Assembly (NCBI GenBank): GCA_052246995.1
Contig: JBQPWD010000003.1
Location: 128,001 to 192,000 of the forward strand
DNA: 64,000 nucleotides
Reading direction: 5' to 3'
From: Candidatus Bathyarchaeota archaeon
Lineage (GTDB): Archaea; Thermoproteota; Bathyarchaeia; Hecatellales; Hecatellaceae
The translations under genes and the position numbers were made by a program. The notes beneath the pieces are model-generated. The model ran no database searches and was not told the origin of the DNA. It saw only the letters and a program-made list of their open reading frames with translations. The number at the start of each line of letters is the position of its first letter. The first letter of the stretch is position 1. Positions 19,356 through 29,944 of this stretch are shown piece after piece.

Positions 19356-20291
19356 ATGTTTTGGATGGTTAAATGTTACGGATGTTTGAATGTGGAGGCT
19401 TCCGTGCAGATTCCCTATGCAAAACTTTACTATTGTAAAGTTTGTTTTAACGAGTTTCTTCTGAAAAGGGTAAAGGAAACCGTTAAAAAATATAATATGT
19501 TTAGCTTTGATGACAAAATTGGGGTAGCTATTTCAGGTGGAAAGGATAGTGCTGTTTTGCTTCACATCTTAAAAAAGGCTTTTCCGGATGCTAAGCTTAT
19601 TCCTTTCCACATAAATCTTAGAATAGAAAATTATTCTGAAGATTGCTTGGAAAAGGCTAATGAACTGACTAAAAGTCTTGGGTTAGACCTTTTTGTTTAC
19701 GATTTAAGGGCGGAAAAAGGTTTTAGTATAGACGATTACAGGAAGACCAAGTACAGGAGGAAGTTATGCTCAGTTTGTGGGGTAATAAAAAGGCATGTGT
19801 TTAATGAAGTAGCGGAAAGACTTAATGTAGATGTTTTGGCAACAGGCCATAACTTGGATGATTTAGTCGAAATTATGTTTTCAAACTTTTTAGCTGGAGA
19901 TTTTAAACAGCTTATTAAGTTAAAACCAGTTATTTTACCCTTTCACCCAAAGCTTGTAAAAAAGGTTAAACCTCTTTTTAGAACACCAGAAAATGAGACA
20001 GCCTTATATGCTTACTTTAACAACCTTCCAGTTAGGAAAGCAAACTGTCCATATACTGTTGGTTCAAGACTTTTGGAGAGAAAAAAACTTCTAGAAGTTT
20101 TTTCAAAAGAAAATCCAAGTTTTAAATATCAACTCCTCTCGGTTTTTCTAAAAAAGCTAATTCCAATTTTAGAGGAGAAAGAAAAAGAAAAGGTTTCCGG
20201 TACATGTGAAGTTTGTGGTTTTCCAGCCTCTACCAAAATTTGTGGAAGTTGTAGAAGAATTATAGAGATAAAATCTATCTTAAAAAAGTAG
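19356..20291 (+). CDS. TtuA/NcsA-family tRNA 2-thiolation protein
   Basis: Terminal Zn fingers, SGGKDS, CSVCG, ATGHNLDD, CPY. Confidence 0.88.
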   Translation: MFWMVKCYGCLNVEASVQIPYAKLYYCKVCFNEFLLKRVKETVKKYNMFSFDDKIGVAISGGKDSAVLLHILKKAFPDAKLIPFHINLRIENYSEDCLEKANELTKSLGLDLFVYDLRAEKGFSIDDYRKTKYRRKLCSVCGVIKRHVFNEVAERLNVDVLATGHNLDDLVEIMFSNFLAGDFKQLIKLKPVILPFHPKLVKKVKPLFRTPENETALYAYFNNLPVRKANCPYTVGSRLLERKKLLEVFSKENPSFKYQLLSVFLKKLIPILEEKEKEKVSGTCEVCGFPASTKICGSCRRIIEIKSILKK

Positions 20292-20557
20292 AAGCCCAGG
20301 CTACACCTTTAGTTTCCTTTAATACTTTTGGACACATTTAACTAGAATTTTTCCATCTTTCATAGTAAGCTCCTTGCCTTCATCAGTTTTTAATCTGTTT
20401 CTATTGTTTATCATGTCTAAGTAAAGCAACAATGCTCTTCTCTAGATTCATGTATCATCTTGACACTTTTTAACCTACCTCATAATTTTTATGTTTAAAC
20501 ACAAAACACTCTAAGCTTAGTTTCTTGTAGCTTTAGAACTATCCAAACATTTGGCTA

Positions 20558-21766
20558 TCACTCGAGTGAACGAGAAATTTCCTCAATGATTGATAAAAAT
20601 TTTTCTACCTCCTCAACAGTGTTATAAAGGTATGTTGATACACGCACAGTTCCCTGAGGCTTACCAAGTATAAACTTAACTAGTGGGTGTGCACAGTGTA
20701 ACCCCGACCTTACAGCAATAGCTTTAGAATCAAGTATTAATGCTAAATCATGAGGGTTTAAGTTTTTAACGTTAAAGGAGGTTACTCCTATCTTAAACTC
20801 AGGTTTTGGTCCGTATACTTCCACGCCTGATATTCTTACCAACCCATCATAAATCTTTCTAGATAACATTTTTTCATGTTGCTCTATATTTTCAAGTCCT
20901 ACGCTTTTTAAATATTCAGCAGCAGCCTTTAACCCTATTACTTCACCTATAGCTGGTGTTCCTGCCTCAAATTTTGACGGGCCTTTAAGAAGCCTATAGT
21001 CATCAATATTAACAGCCTCCACAGTTCCTCCACCAACATAGATTGGTGTTAAACTTTCCATCAACTCTTCACGCATATAAAGGACGCCTGATCCTGTTGG
21101 CCCACACATTTTGTGACCTGAAAAAGTAAAAAAATCGCAATCTACTTTGTTTACATTTATTTTTATGTGAGGTGTTGATTGTGCCCCATCTACAAGTACC
21201 CTCGCACCGTGTTTGTGAGCTATTTCCACTATTTCCTTGACTGGTGATAAGACTCCTAGAACATTTGAAGCATGGGTTACAGCTACAATCTTTGTTCGGT
21301 CATCTATAGCTTTTTCAAAATCTGAGAGTTTTAGGAAGCCCTCTGTTGTTGGTTTAATATACTCGACTTTAACCCCGTAAAGCTCACTGCAACGTATCCA
21401 TGGTAAAAGGTTTGAGTGATGCTCTAAAAGAGTTGTAACAACTTTATCGTTTTTCTTAAAATTTATACTATGGGCAACTATGTTTACTCCTTCAGTAGCG
21501 TTTTTAACAAAAATAATTTCCTCTTTTGATTTTGCACCTATAAAGTTGGCAATTACCTTTCTAGCATCTTCGTACTCTTTACTAGCTCTTTGTGAAGAAC
21601 TGTACAACCCTCTTTCAATGTTTGCACGGTATTCAATGTAATACTCTAACATTTTATCTATAACTGGTTTTGGTGTTAAGCTGCTGGCCGCGTTATCAAG
21701 GTATATAATTCCAGATTTTAGCTGTGGAAAATCTTTTCTTATCTTTTTAACGTTTAACATCTTCAA
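20558..21766 (-). CDS. sufS: Cysteine desulfurase, group II
   Basis: YLDNAA, EHHSN, DGAQ, FSGHKM, RSGLHCA. Confidence 0.93.
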   Translation of the reverse strand: MKMLNVKKIRKDFPQLKSGIIYLDNAASSLTPKPVIDKMLEYYIEYRANIERGLYSSSQRASKEYEDARKVIANFIGAKSKEEIIFVKNATEGVNIVAHSINFKKNDKVVTTLLEHHSNLLPWIRCSELYGVKVEYIKPTTEGFLKLSDFEKAIDDRTKIVAVTHASNVLGVLSPVKEIVEIAHKHGARVLVDGAQSTPHIKINVNKVDCDFFTFSGHKMCGPTGSGVLYMREELMESLTPIYVGGGTVEAVNIDDYRLLKGPSKFEAGTPAIGEVIGLKAAAEYLKSVGLENIEQHEKMLSRKIYDGLVRISGVEVYGPKPEFKIGVTSFNVKNLNPHDLALILDSKAIAVRSGLHCAHPLVKFILGKPQGTVRVSTYLYNTVEEVEKFLSIIEEISRSLE

Positions 21767-21935
21767 TCTCCAGTTGTCACTCCTTGAAGTAAGTTAAGAA
21801 TAGAATTTTTAATTTTTTGCTAATTATGTTAAGATTTGAAACATGTTTAATTTTTTATCTTTATTTTTATAAATTTTAGAGCAGAGTTCTTAAATCTAGG
21901 GTTAAAGTCTATATTTTCACAGTAGCCGAACTCTT

Positions 21936-21957
21936 ACACCTCCCAAAAGGGAGGTGT
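21936..21957 (+). promoter_or_regulatory. 9-bp hairpin occluding the Shine-Dalgarno of the 21962 ORF
   Basis: ACACCTCCC-AAAA-GGGAGGTGT, ending 4 nt before the ATG. Confidence 0.6.
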
Positions 21958-21961
21958 TTTC

Positions 21962-22228
21962 ATGTTTCCCCCAACCATTAGGCTTGTTAGAGGTTACATT
22001 ATAGACTACTTAGTGGACAGTCTAGAGGGAAGCGTTAACCCTGAAAAAGTTTTTAGCAATATAAGAGGAATCATATTATCAAAACAGTTAACATTAGATG
22101 AAGTTTTAAACACAATTGACAACATTGAACATGACCCACTTTGCCTGCCTTATCTTCCAAAAATAGAAAAAATAAGAAGACTTAGAAGGCTTAGAAAACT
22201 GTTATCAGAATTATCTAGTATTGAGTAA
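21962..22228 (+). CDS. Hypothetical protein, 88 aa
   Basis: ATG with strong GGAGGTG; no motif recognised. Confidence 0.6.
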   Translation: MFPPTIRLVRGYIIDYLVDSLEGSVNPEKVFSNIRGIILSKQLTLDEVLNTIDNIEHDPLCLPYLPKIEKIRRLRRLRKLLSELSSIE

Positions 22229-22247
22229 ACAGCTTAAACTAAATATT

Positions 22248-22342
22248 TTTTTACTGGCAATTGCTGCATATCATGCAGTTAACAGAAAGTTTAAGTTTGA
22301 GCTAGAGTTTTGCAGGAGTAAGCATAATTTTGCCAGTAAAAA
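22248..22342. repeat. 95-bp element bounded by perfect 13-bp inverted repeats
   Basis: tttttactggcaa (22248-22260) / ttgccagtaaaaa (22330-22342); internal ctgcat-atc-atgcag hairpin. Confidence 0.7.
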
Positions 22343-22414
22343 GGACTATTCCGATAAAAACTTATAGATAAGGTTTTATAATTTGTTTAAGCTTAATTTA
22401 ATGGGTATGGAGTA

Positions 22415-23020
22415 ATGTATCGTGAACACCTAATTCCTGGAGCAACAACTGTCGGTGTTACATGTAAAGACGGAGTTATCCTGGCTGCTGAAAAAAGAGT
22501 TGCTTATGGCTATCTTCTTCTAAGCAAAACTGGGAAAAAAATTTTCAAATTGAGTGACAGGATTGGGGCAGCATGTGCAGGTCTTATTGGTGATATGCAA
22601 ATACTTGCTAGAGAAGCATCAGCTTACGCAACCATCTACGCTTTAGAAAGGAGGAGGCCTATTAGTGTTGGAGCTATGGCTAAACTTATTGCAAACTTAC
22701 TTTTTGAAAGAAGACTCTTCCCACTAATAACTCAAACAATAATTGGTGGGGTTGATGATGAAGGGTCGCATGTTTACGTACTTGATCCCTTAGGATCTGT
22801 TATACCCGATAAATATGCTAGTGTAGGTTCTGGTGCTGAAATTGCCACAGGTATTTTGGAGGCTGAATATAAGGACGGCCTAACCGTTGAACAAGGTAAA
22901 AATCTTGCTTTTAGAAGTATTAAGGCTGCGGTTTCACGTGATGTTCAAAGTGGGGATGGTGTAGATTTTCTAATTATAACTGCTGACGGTTCAAGGGAAG
23001 AAAGTATAGACTTTAAATAG
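22415..23020 (+). CDS. psmB: Proteasome subunit beta
   Basis: Short propeptide then TTVG, GVILAAEKR, GSG, RDVQSG. Confidence 0.95.
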   Translation: MYREHLIPGATTVGVTCKDGVILAAEKRVAYGYLLLSKTGKKIFKLSDRIGAACAGLIGDMQILAREASAYATIYALERRRPISVGAMAKLIANLLFERRLFPLITQTIIGGVDDEGSHVYVLDPLGSVIPDKYASVGSGAEIATGILEAEYKDGLTVEQGKNLAFRSIKAAVSRDVQSGDGVDFLIITADGSREESIDFK

Positions 23021-23119
23021 ATAATTTTTAAGTTTTTTGTTCTTTATCTCCTGTTTTGCCTAACACCACATCCTTCCTGATCCTATTATAGACTATATTA
23101 ACTCTTAGGTTGAAGATAA

Positions 23120-24265
23120 TTGGATAAATTTAAGCTTGTTAATGTTAATGAAGTTAATAAAATGTTAAAGAAGCTTATTTCAATTCCAAGTGTAAGTGGA
23201 AGTGAGCACGAAATCACAGATTATGTTGAGGAAAAACTTTTAGCTTACGGTTTTAACGTTGAAAGAATACTTGTTAAAGGTTGCGGACCTACTCTTTTTG
23301 CTTACTATAAAACTAACCCTAAAGGTTTAAACCTACTTTTTTATGGTCATCTTGACACCGTTAAACCTGTTGAAGGTTGGGCTTTCCCTCCATTTAAACC
23401 TAAAATAATTGATGGTAAAATGTACGGACTTGGCTCATGTGACATGAAAGGAGGTTTGGCTGCTATCCTTGAGGCTTTAAAGAGGCTTACAAACCTTAAA
23501 AAACTTTATGGGAATATCTTTGTTGCTTTAGTAAGTGATGAGGAACTTTACTCTAGAGGTTGTGATAGCCTTATAAAGCTTGGAAAACTTAAAGGGATTG
23601 ATGCCGCTATTTCAGCTGAGTCTACAAGTGTTTCGAGAATGGAAATTGGACGTTTTGGTCGTGCAGTCTATGATATAATTGTGAAGGGTAGAAGCTCTCA
23701 CGTTACAAATTTTAAAAAAAGGGTTGATGCCGTTGTTGAAGCCTCAAAGATTGTTTTATCCCTTAAAAAGCTGGGAGGTGAGGGAAGTTTTACTGTTTTA
23801 GCTATAAATGGTGGAACAGAGTTTTTATCAACTCCCGATACATGTAGGATTGTTATTGATAAACAGCTTAGTCTAAAAGAATCTAAAGAAGCTTTTTTAA
23901 GAAAGATTAAAAATTTAACCAAGAAACTTAACTTAAAATCTAGTGTTACAGTTAAAGTTTTTAAAAGGCCAACTCCGTACATGAAACCTTATGTATTGGG
24001 TAGTAGGGGTAACAGAATAATTGAGGCTGTTGAAAAGGCTTGCAAAGTAGTTAAAGGTAGATTTCCAAAAAAAGTTGTTGGAAAATGTGTTGGAGATGAA
24101 AACTACCTCGTTGTTAGGGCGCAAATACCAACAGTAACCATTGGACCTAAAGGTGGAAATGAGCATTCGGCAAATGAGTACGTATACCTTAATTCTGTTG
24201 CTGATGCAGCTAACATTTATCTATATTCAACATTATTCTTTTTTGGCGAGTTAAGGGGGTTTTGA
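23120..24265 (+). CDS. M20 metallopeptidase (ArgE/DapE-like)
   Basis: GHLDTV, GSCDMKGG, DEE, HSANE. Confidence 0.9.
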   Translation: MDKFKLVNVNEVNKMLKKLISIPSVSGSEHEITDYVEEKLLAYGFNVERILVKGCGPTLFAYYKTNPKGLNLLFYGHLDTVKPVEGWAFPPFKPKIIDGKMYGLGSCDMKGGLAAILEALKRLTNLKKLYGNIFVALVSDEELYSRGCDSLIKLGKLKGIDAAISAESTSVSRMEIGRFGRAVYDIIVKGRSSHVTNFKKRVDAVVEASKIVLSLKKLGGEGSFTVLAINGGTEFLSTPDTCRIVIDKQLSLKESKEAFLRKIKNLTKKLNLKSSVTVKVFKRPTPYMKPYVLGSRGNRIIEAVEKACKVVKGRFPKKVVGKCVGDENYLVVRAQIPTVTIGPKGGNEHSANEYVYLNSVADAANIYLYSTLFFFGELRGF

Positions 24266-27030
24266 TGAGTTTAACATCAATCTACGAAGTCTCTCTCTTT
24301 AAGGAAAAAGGTTACATTAGGAAAAAATGTATCTCCTGTGGAAGAAACTTTTGGACACTTAATCCTGATGCTAGCTACTGCGGTGACCAGCCATGTGTAA
24401 CCTACACCTTTATCGATAAACCTCCCACAAGTGTAAAGCTTAGCATTGATGAGGCTAGGGAAAATTTTTTATCATTTTTTGAGAGGAATAATCACAAAAG
24501 AATAAAGAAGTATCCTGTTGTAGCTAGGTGGAGAGACGACGTCTACCTAGTTGGGGCTTCAATCTACGACTTCCAACCTTGGGTTACAGATGGAATAATT
24601 CCTCCTCCATCAAATCCCTTAACAATTTCCCAGCCATGTATAAGGTTTACTGACATAGACCTTGTAGGTAAGTCTGGTAGGCATTTAACAGAGTTTGAGA
24701 TGATGGCTCATCATGCTTTCAACTATCCGGATAAAAGGGTTTACTGGAACGATGAAACAGTAGAGTATTGCTTTAGGTTTTTTACCGAAGAGATTAAAGT
24801 CCAACCTGAAAAAATAAACTTTGTTGAGGATATGTGGAGTGGTGGAGGAAATGCTGGAGAAGACTTTGAGGTAGTTATTGGCGGGATTGAGGTTGCAACA
24901 TTGGTATTTATGCATTATAAGCAGGTTGATGATAAGCTTATACCGTTAAAGATCCAAACTGTTGATACTGGTTATGGGCTTGAGAGAATTGTTTGGCTTA
25001 CAAACCAAACACCAACAGTTTACGATGCCGTTTTTTCACCATTTCTAAGAAAGTTTTATAGCTTAGCTGGAATTGAACCTCCAGAAAAAAAGATTTTTGC
25101 TGAAATATCCAAGCTTGCAGGCTCTTTTAGTCTTAAAGGTAAATCCAGTCTTAAAGAGTTTAGGTTAAACATTTCAAAGAAGCTTGGTTTAAGTGTTGAG
25201 GAACTTGAAAAAATAGTTCTACCTGTAGAAACAGCTTATGCTATTGCCGATTTCTCCAGAACCCTTGTATTTATGCTTGGAGATGGTGTTGTGCCGTCAA
25301 ATATGGGTGCAGGTTATCTTGCAAGACTTCTTATAAGAAAAATTTTAAGAAACATGCACTATTTAGGCTTAAATTATCCTGTTACAGAGCTTATAGACTT
25401 CCAGATTAGGGAGGTTTCCAGAAATTTTCCTGAATATCTTGATAAAAGTGAGGTTATTCTTGATATGGTTGATGTTGAAGAAAGGAGGTTTAAGGAAACA
25501 ATGCAGAAGGGTAAAACCATTATTAAAAAGTTGGTTGAAGAGGAAAAAGGTAGAATTTCTACAAAAAACCTTCTTATGCTTTACGATTCTCATGGATTAA
25601 CTCCAGATTATGTTTCACAAGTTGCTGGAGAGCTTGGGGTTAATGTAGAGATTCCTGAAGATTTTTACACTCAGGTTGTGCAAATGCATGAGAAACTTCA
25701 AAAACCTGAGGTTTTTGAAGATGAAGTTCTTCTAAGATTTGAAGGAGAGGTTGAGGAGCTTCCTCCAACAAGACTACTATACTATGAAGATACATCCTTA
25801 AAGGAGTTTAAAGCTGAAGTTTTAAAGGTTTTCAAAGAAGGCTACGTGATTTTAGACCAAACATGCTTTTACGCTGAAGGTGGCGGTCAACCATCTGATA
25901 CTGGATTTTTAAAATGGAATGGTGAGGAAGCCAAAGTTACTGATGTACGGAAAGTAAAAAACGTTATTCTTCATAAGGTTGAAGGAAAACTGCCAACTAC
26001 AGGTTGTCATGTTGTAGGAGTTGTAGATTGGGAGAGAAGAAAAAGCTTAATGAGAAGTCACACCGCAACCCACATTCTAATTGGAGCTGCACGTAGAGTC
26101 TTAGGTGAACATGTTTGGCAGTCGGGAGCCTTAAAGGGTGTTGAAAGGTCGAGGCTTGATATATCCCACTATCTAAGGTTAACCGATGAACAGGTTAAAA
26201 AAATTGAGAGGCTTTCAAATGATATTGTAACTAAAAATGTTCAGGTAAAAACATTCTGGGCTCCGAGAGAGGTTGCTGAAGAAAAGTACGGTTTTAAGCT
26301 TTATCAAGGGGGGGTAGTTCCAGGTCGAGAGATAAGAGTTGTTGAGATTGAAAACTGGGATGTTGAGGCATGTGGTGGGACTCATTGCAAATTTACTGGT
26401 GAAATTGGCTTGATAAAGATCGTTAAAACAGAGAGAATTCAGGATGGTGTTGAAAGAATACATTTTGCTGTTGGGCCTCAAGCGGTTGAGTATGTTCAAC
26501 AGGTTGATTCTAGATTTAAAGGTTTAAGCAGAGTTTTAGGTTGTTCTGTTGATGATGTTGAAAAATTTGTTGAAGGACTTATTAACGAAATTAAAGATTT
26601 AAGAAAAAATGCTGAAAAACTAAGAGAAAACATTGCCAAACAGCTTGCTGAAACGTTGTCAACAAGTATTAAAGAGTTTAAAGAAGTAAAGCTTCTTAAA
26701 TATGCCTCAAAACTGGTTGATGTTGAAGTAGCAATAAAAACATTGGCTGAACTTACAAACGCAAAGCCAAACCTAGTTTCGGTATTTGTGGTCTTAGGTG
26801 AAAAACACGCTAGGGTTATTGTTATGATTGGAAAAGAAGCGTTAAAACTTGGTTTACATGCAGGTAAACTTGCTTTAAAAATTTCTAAGCTGGCTGGTGG
26901 AAGTGGAGGTGGAAAACAAGATTTTGGTCAAGGTGGAATTCAACATACAGAAAAAGCTTTAGAAGCTTTAGAAAATGTTGAAAACATTTTACTTGAAGAA
27001 CTAGGAGGGTTTAAAAGTGGAGAAAGTTGA
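24262..27030 (+). CDS. alaS: Alanyl-tRNA synthetase
   Basis: Archaeal N-terminus, VDTGYGLER, HTATH and CGGTH editing motifs, GGSGGG C-Ala domain. Confidence 0.97.
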   Translation: MMSLTSIYEVSLFKEKGYIRKKCISCGRNFWTLNPDASYCGDQPCVTYTFIDKPPTSVKLSIDEARENFLSFFERNNHKRIKKYPVVARWRDDVYLVGASIYDFQPWVTDGIIPPPSNPLTISQPCIRFTDIDLVGKSGRHLTEFEMMAHHAFNYPDKRVYWNDETVEYCFRFFTEEIKVQPEKINFVEDMWSGGGNAGEDFEVVIGGIEVATLVFMHYKQVDDKLIPLKIQTVDTGYGLERIVWLTNQTPTVYDAVFSPFLRKFYSLAGIEPPEKKIFAEISKLAGSFSLKGKSSLKEFRLNISKKLGLSVEELEKIVLPVETAYAIADFSRTLVFMLGDGVVPSNMGAGYLARLLIRKILRNMHYLGLNYPVTELIDFQIREVSRNFPEYLDKSEVILDMVDVEERRFKETMQKGKTIIKKLVEEEKGRISTKNLLMLYDSHGLTPDYVSQVAGELGVNVEIPEDFYTQVVQMHEKLQKPEVFEDEVLLRFEGEVEELPPTRLLYYEDTSLKEFKAEVLKVFKEGYVILDQTCFYAEGGGQPSDTGFLKWNGEEAKVTDVRKVKNVILHKVEGKLPTTGCHVVGVVDWERRKSLMRSHTATHILIGAARRVLGEHVWQSGALKGVERSRLDISHYLRLTDEQVKKIERLSNDIVTKNVQVKTFWAPREVAEEKYGFKLYQGGVVPGREIRVVEIENWDVEACGGTHCKFTGEIGLIKIVKTERIQDGVERIHFAVGPQAVEYVQQVDSRFKGLSRVLGCSVDDVEKFVEGLINEIKDLRKNAEKLRENIAKQLAETLSTSIKEFKEVKLLKYASKLVDVEVAIKTLAELTNAKPNLVSVFVVLGEKHARVIVMIGKEALKLGLHAGKLALKISKLAGGSGGGKQDFGQGGIQHTEKALEALENVENILLEELGGFKSGES

Positions 27031-29908
27031 TTTTAAAGCTATCGAAGAAAAGTGGCAGAAGAAGTGGTCTGAAGCAAAAATTTTTGAAGCTGATCCTGAT
27101 TGGGTTAAGCCTAAATGCTTTGTAACCTTCCCATTCCCTTACATGAGCGGACCTCTTCATGTCGGACATGCGTATTCAGCCGCAAGGGTTGATGTTTATG
27201 CTAAATATAAACGAATGTGCGGTTTTAATGTTCTTTTTCCATGGGCATGGCATTGGACTGGGGAAACTGTTGCAGGGGCTTCTGAGAGAATAAAGCTTGG
27301 AGATGAAAAGTTTATTCAAGCTTTAAGAGAAATTGACGGCGTTCCTGAGGATGAGCTTAAAAAGTTTGTTAACCCAGTTTACATGGCTGAATACTATACT
27401 CGATACAATAGGGAGGCTGTTAAAAAACTTGGTTTATCAGTAGATTGGAGAAGAGAATTTCACACATCATCCATATGTCCAACTTTTACCAAGTTTGTTG
27501 AATGGCAATATCTAAAGCTTAAAGAAAAAGGATATGTTATTAAGGGAACCCATCCTGTTGTTTGGTGTCCTAAATGTGAAAGCCCGACAGGCGAAGCTGA
27601 TAGGCTTGAAGGTTCAGGAATTTATCCTGAGGAGTATACTCTGGTAAAGTTTAAGCTTGATGATTTTTACCTTCCAGCTGCAACATTAAGACCTGAAACC
27701 ATCTTCGGTGTTACAAATTTATGGATAAATCCTGATGCTATCTATGTTAAAGCTTTGGTTGATGGAGAAAAGTGGATAATAAGTAGAGAAGCTGCCGAAA
27801 AACTTAAAGAACAGTTAAAAAAAGTCGAGGTTTTGGATAAAGTTAAAGGTTTAAACCTCTTAGGTAAAACTTGTACGGAGCCTGTTAATGGACGGTTTCT
27901 CCTTATCTTACCAGGCTGGTTTGTAAAACCTGATAACGCCACAGGCATTGTTTACAGTGTTCCAGCTCATGCACCTTACGATTGGCTTGCTTTAAAAGAC
28001 CTACAAGAAAGCCCTGAGGTACTTAAAAAATTTAACATTAATGTTGAGGATGTTAAAAAAATTAAACCAATATCAATAGTTAAAGTTGAGGGTTTTGGAG
28101 ATTTTCCAGCTGTTGAAATTGTTAACAAAATGAATATTAAGGATCAAAATGACCCTAAAGCTGAGGAAGCAACAAAAATTATCTATAAGAAAGAGTTCCA
28201 TACTGGAGTTTTAAAGGAAAATTGTGGAGACTACGCGGGTTGGCCTATTTCAACAGTTAAGCAGCAATTAATTGAAGATTTTAGATGTAAGGGCCTTTTT
28301 GACGTTATGTACGAGTTACCTGGAAAAGTTGTTTGTAGATGTACAACAAGCTGTATAGTAAAAGTTCTTCAAGACCAGTGGTTTCTAAATTATTCTAATC
28401 CTGAATGGAAAAAGAAGGCTCGGGAGCTTTTATCAAAAATGAGGATTTATCCTGAGGAAGCTAGAAAATGGTTTGAAGACGTTATAGATTGGCTTCATGA
28501 TTGGGCATGTACAAGAAAAACAGGGCTTGGATCCCCTTTACCTTGGGCAAAAGACTGGATTGTTGAAACACTCAGTGACTCAACAATCTACCCAGCCTTT
28601 TACACCATAAATAAGCATATTAAAATGCATAGATTAAAAGCTGAACAGTTAACTGAAAGCTTTTTTGACTATGTTTTTTACGGTCTAGGGGATGTTGAAA
28701 AAGTATCAACGGAAACAGGAATACCTTCTAACATCCTTAATGATGTTCGCAAGGAATTCTTATACTGGTATCCAGTAGACTTAAGAAATTCGGGAAAAGA
28801 CCTTGTACCAAACCACCTGACATTTTACATCTTTCATCATGCAGCACTCTTTCCCCCCGAGCATTGGCCTAAAATAATAGGTGTAAATGGCTTTATGAGG
28901 GTTGAAGGGGAGGAGATGCATAAATCAAAGGGAAACTTTATCCCCTTAAGGCGAGCTCTTGATAACGTAGGTGCTGACATAACAAGATGTACTGTTCTAC
29001 TTGCAGCTGAAGGTATGGATGACCCAAACTGGAAAAATACAAGCCTTATAGAGGTTAGAGATAACTTAAACGCGTTATACAACTTTCTTCTAGAAATTAG
29101 AGAGATTAAGGATACTCGTGAAAATGAAATACACATGGATAGATGGCTTTTAACATCTATTTATCATCATGTAGAAAAGGTTTCTGAGAATATTGAAGTT
29201 TTAAAAACAAGAACAGCTTTAGAAACAGCCCTTTACGAAGTTTGGAGAAGCTTTAGATGGTATTTTAGAAGAGTTGAAAAACCAAATCGGGAAACCATTT
29301 TAAAAGCCACAAGCATATGGATTAGACTTTTAGCACCCTTCATACCTCACCTAGCAGAGGAGCTTTGGGAAAAATTTGGCGAGAAAGGTTTTATTCTAAC
29401 CGTCAAATGGCCTAAAGGCGAAGTTGAACCTAGCCTTAAAGATGAAGTTTTAGAGGAGCTTATTCAAAATCTTTTTGAGGATACAAAGGATATTGTTAAA
29501 GTAATAAAATCTAAACCTAAAAAAATATTCTACTATACTGCATCAGGCTGGAAGTGGGAGGTTTACCTTAAAGTTTTAAGCAAGCGTTTTGAAGAAAATC
29601 TTGAAAAAAGAATGATTAAAGCCCTTATGTCCTCCTCTGAGGTGAGAGAGAAGGGTGCTTCAGCTGCTAAGTATGTTAAAAAAATTGTTGAAGACATTCT
29701 AAAAATGCCTGAAGATATTGCCAGTAAAAGGTTAAAACTTGGTTTTGTAGACGAATATGAACTCTTAATGGGTGCTAAAAAATTTTTTGAAAAAGAATTC
29801 AACACATCAGTTTATGTTTTTAGGGAGGATGACGAAGCCAAAATAGACCCAAAAGGCAAATCTCAAGTTGCAGAACCATACCGTCCAGCAATATTTATTG
29901 AAGAATAA
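27017..29908 (+). CDS. leuS: Leucyl-tRNA synthetase
   Basis: PYMSGPLHVGH, TLRPET, SGKDLVPNHL, EMHKSKG. Confidence 0.97.
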   Translation: MEKVDFKAIEEKWQKKWSEAKIFEADPDWVKPKCFVTFPFPYMSGPLHVGHAYSAARVDVYAKYKRMCGFNVLFPWAWHWTGETVAGASERIKLGDEKFIQALREIDGVPEDELKKFVNPVYMAEYYTRYNREAVKKLGLSVDWRREFHTSSICPTFTKFVEWQYLKLKEKGYVIKGTHPVVWCPKCESPTGEADRLEGSGIYPEEYTLVKFKLDDFYLPAATLRPETIFGVTNLWINPDAIYVKALVDGEKWIISREAAEKLKEQLKKVEVLDKVKGLNLLGKTCTEPVNGRFLLILPGWFVKPDNATGIVYSVPAHAPYDWLALKDLQESPEVLKKFNINVEDVKKIKPISIVKVEGFGDFPAVEIVNKMNIKDQNDPKAEEATKIIYKKEFHTGVLKENCGDYAGWPISTVKQQLIEDFRCKGLFDVMYELPGKVVCRCTTSCIVKVLQDQWFLNYSNPEWKKKARELLSKMRIYPEEARKWFEDVIDWLHDWACTRKTGLGSPLPWAKDWIVETLSDSTIYPAFYTINKHIKMHRLKAEQLTESFFDYVFYGLGDVEKVSTETGIPSNILNDVRKEFLYWYPVDLRNSGKDLVPNHLTFYIFHHAALFPPEHWPKIIGVNGFMRVEGEEMHKSKGNFIPLRRALDNVGADITRCTVLLAAEGMDDPNWKNTSLIEVRDNLNALYNFLLEIREIKDTRENEIHMDRWLLTSIYHHVEKVSENIEVLKTRTALETALYEVWRSFRWYFRRVEKPNRETILKATSIWIRLLAPFIPHLAEELWEKFGEKGFILTVKWPKGEVEPSLKDEVLEELIQNLFEDTKDIVKVIKSKPKKIFYYTASGWKWEVYLKVLSKRFEENLEKRMIKALMSSSEVREKGASAAKYVKKIVEDILKMPEDIASKRLKLGFVDEYELLMGAKKFFEKEFNTSVYVFREDDEAKIDPKGKSQVAEPYRPAIFIEE

Positions 29909-29944
29909 ACACAGGAAATTTTTTCTTTATTTATTGTAAGGTTT

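Noticed and set aside
20292-20557. Short minus-strand coding-like fragments after a GAGGT site
   Set aside because: Stops in all frames examined and no recognisable family; at most a degraded remnant.
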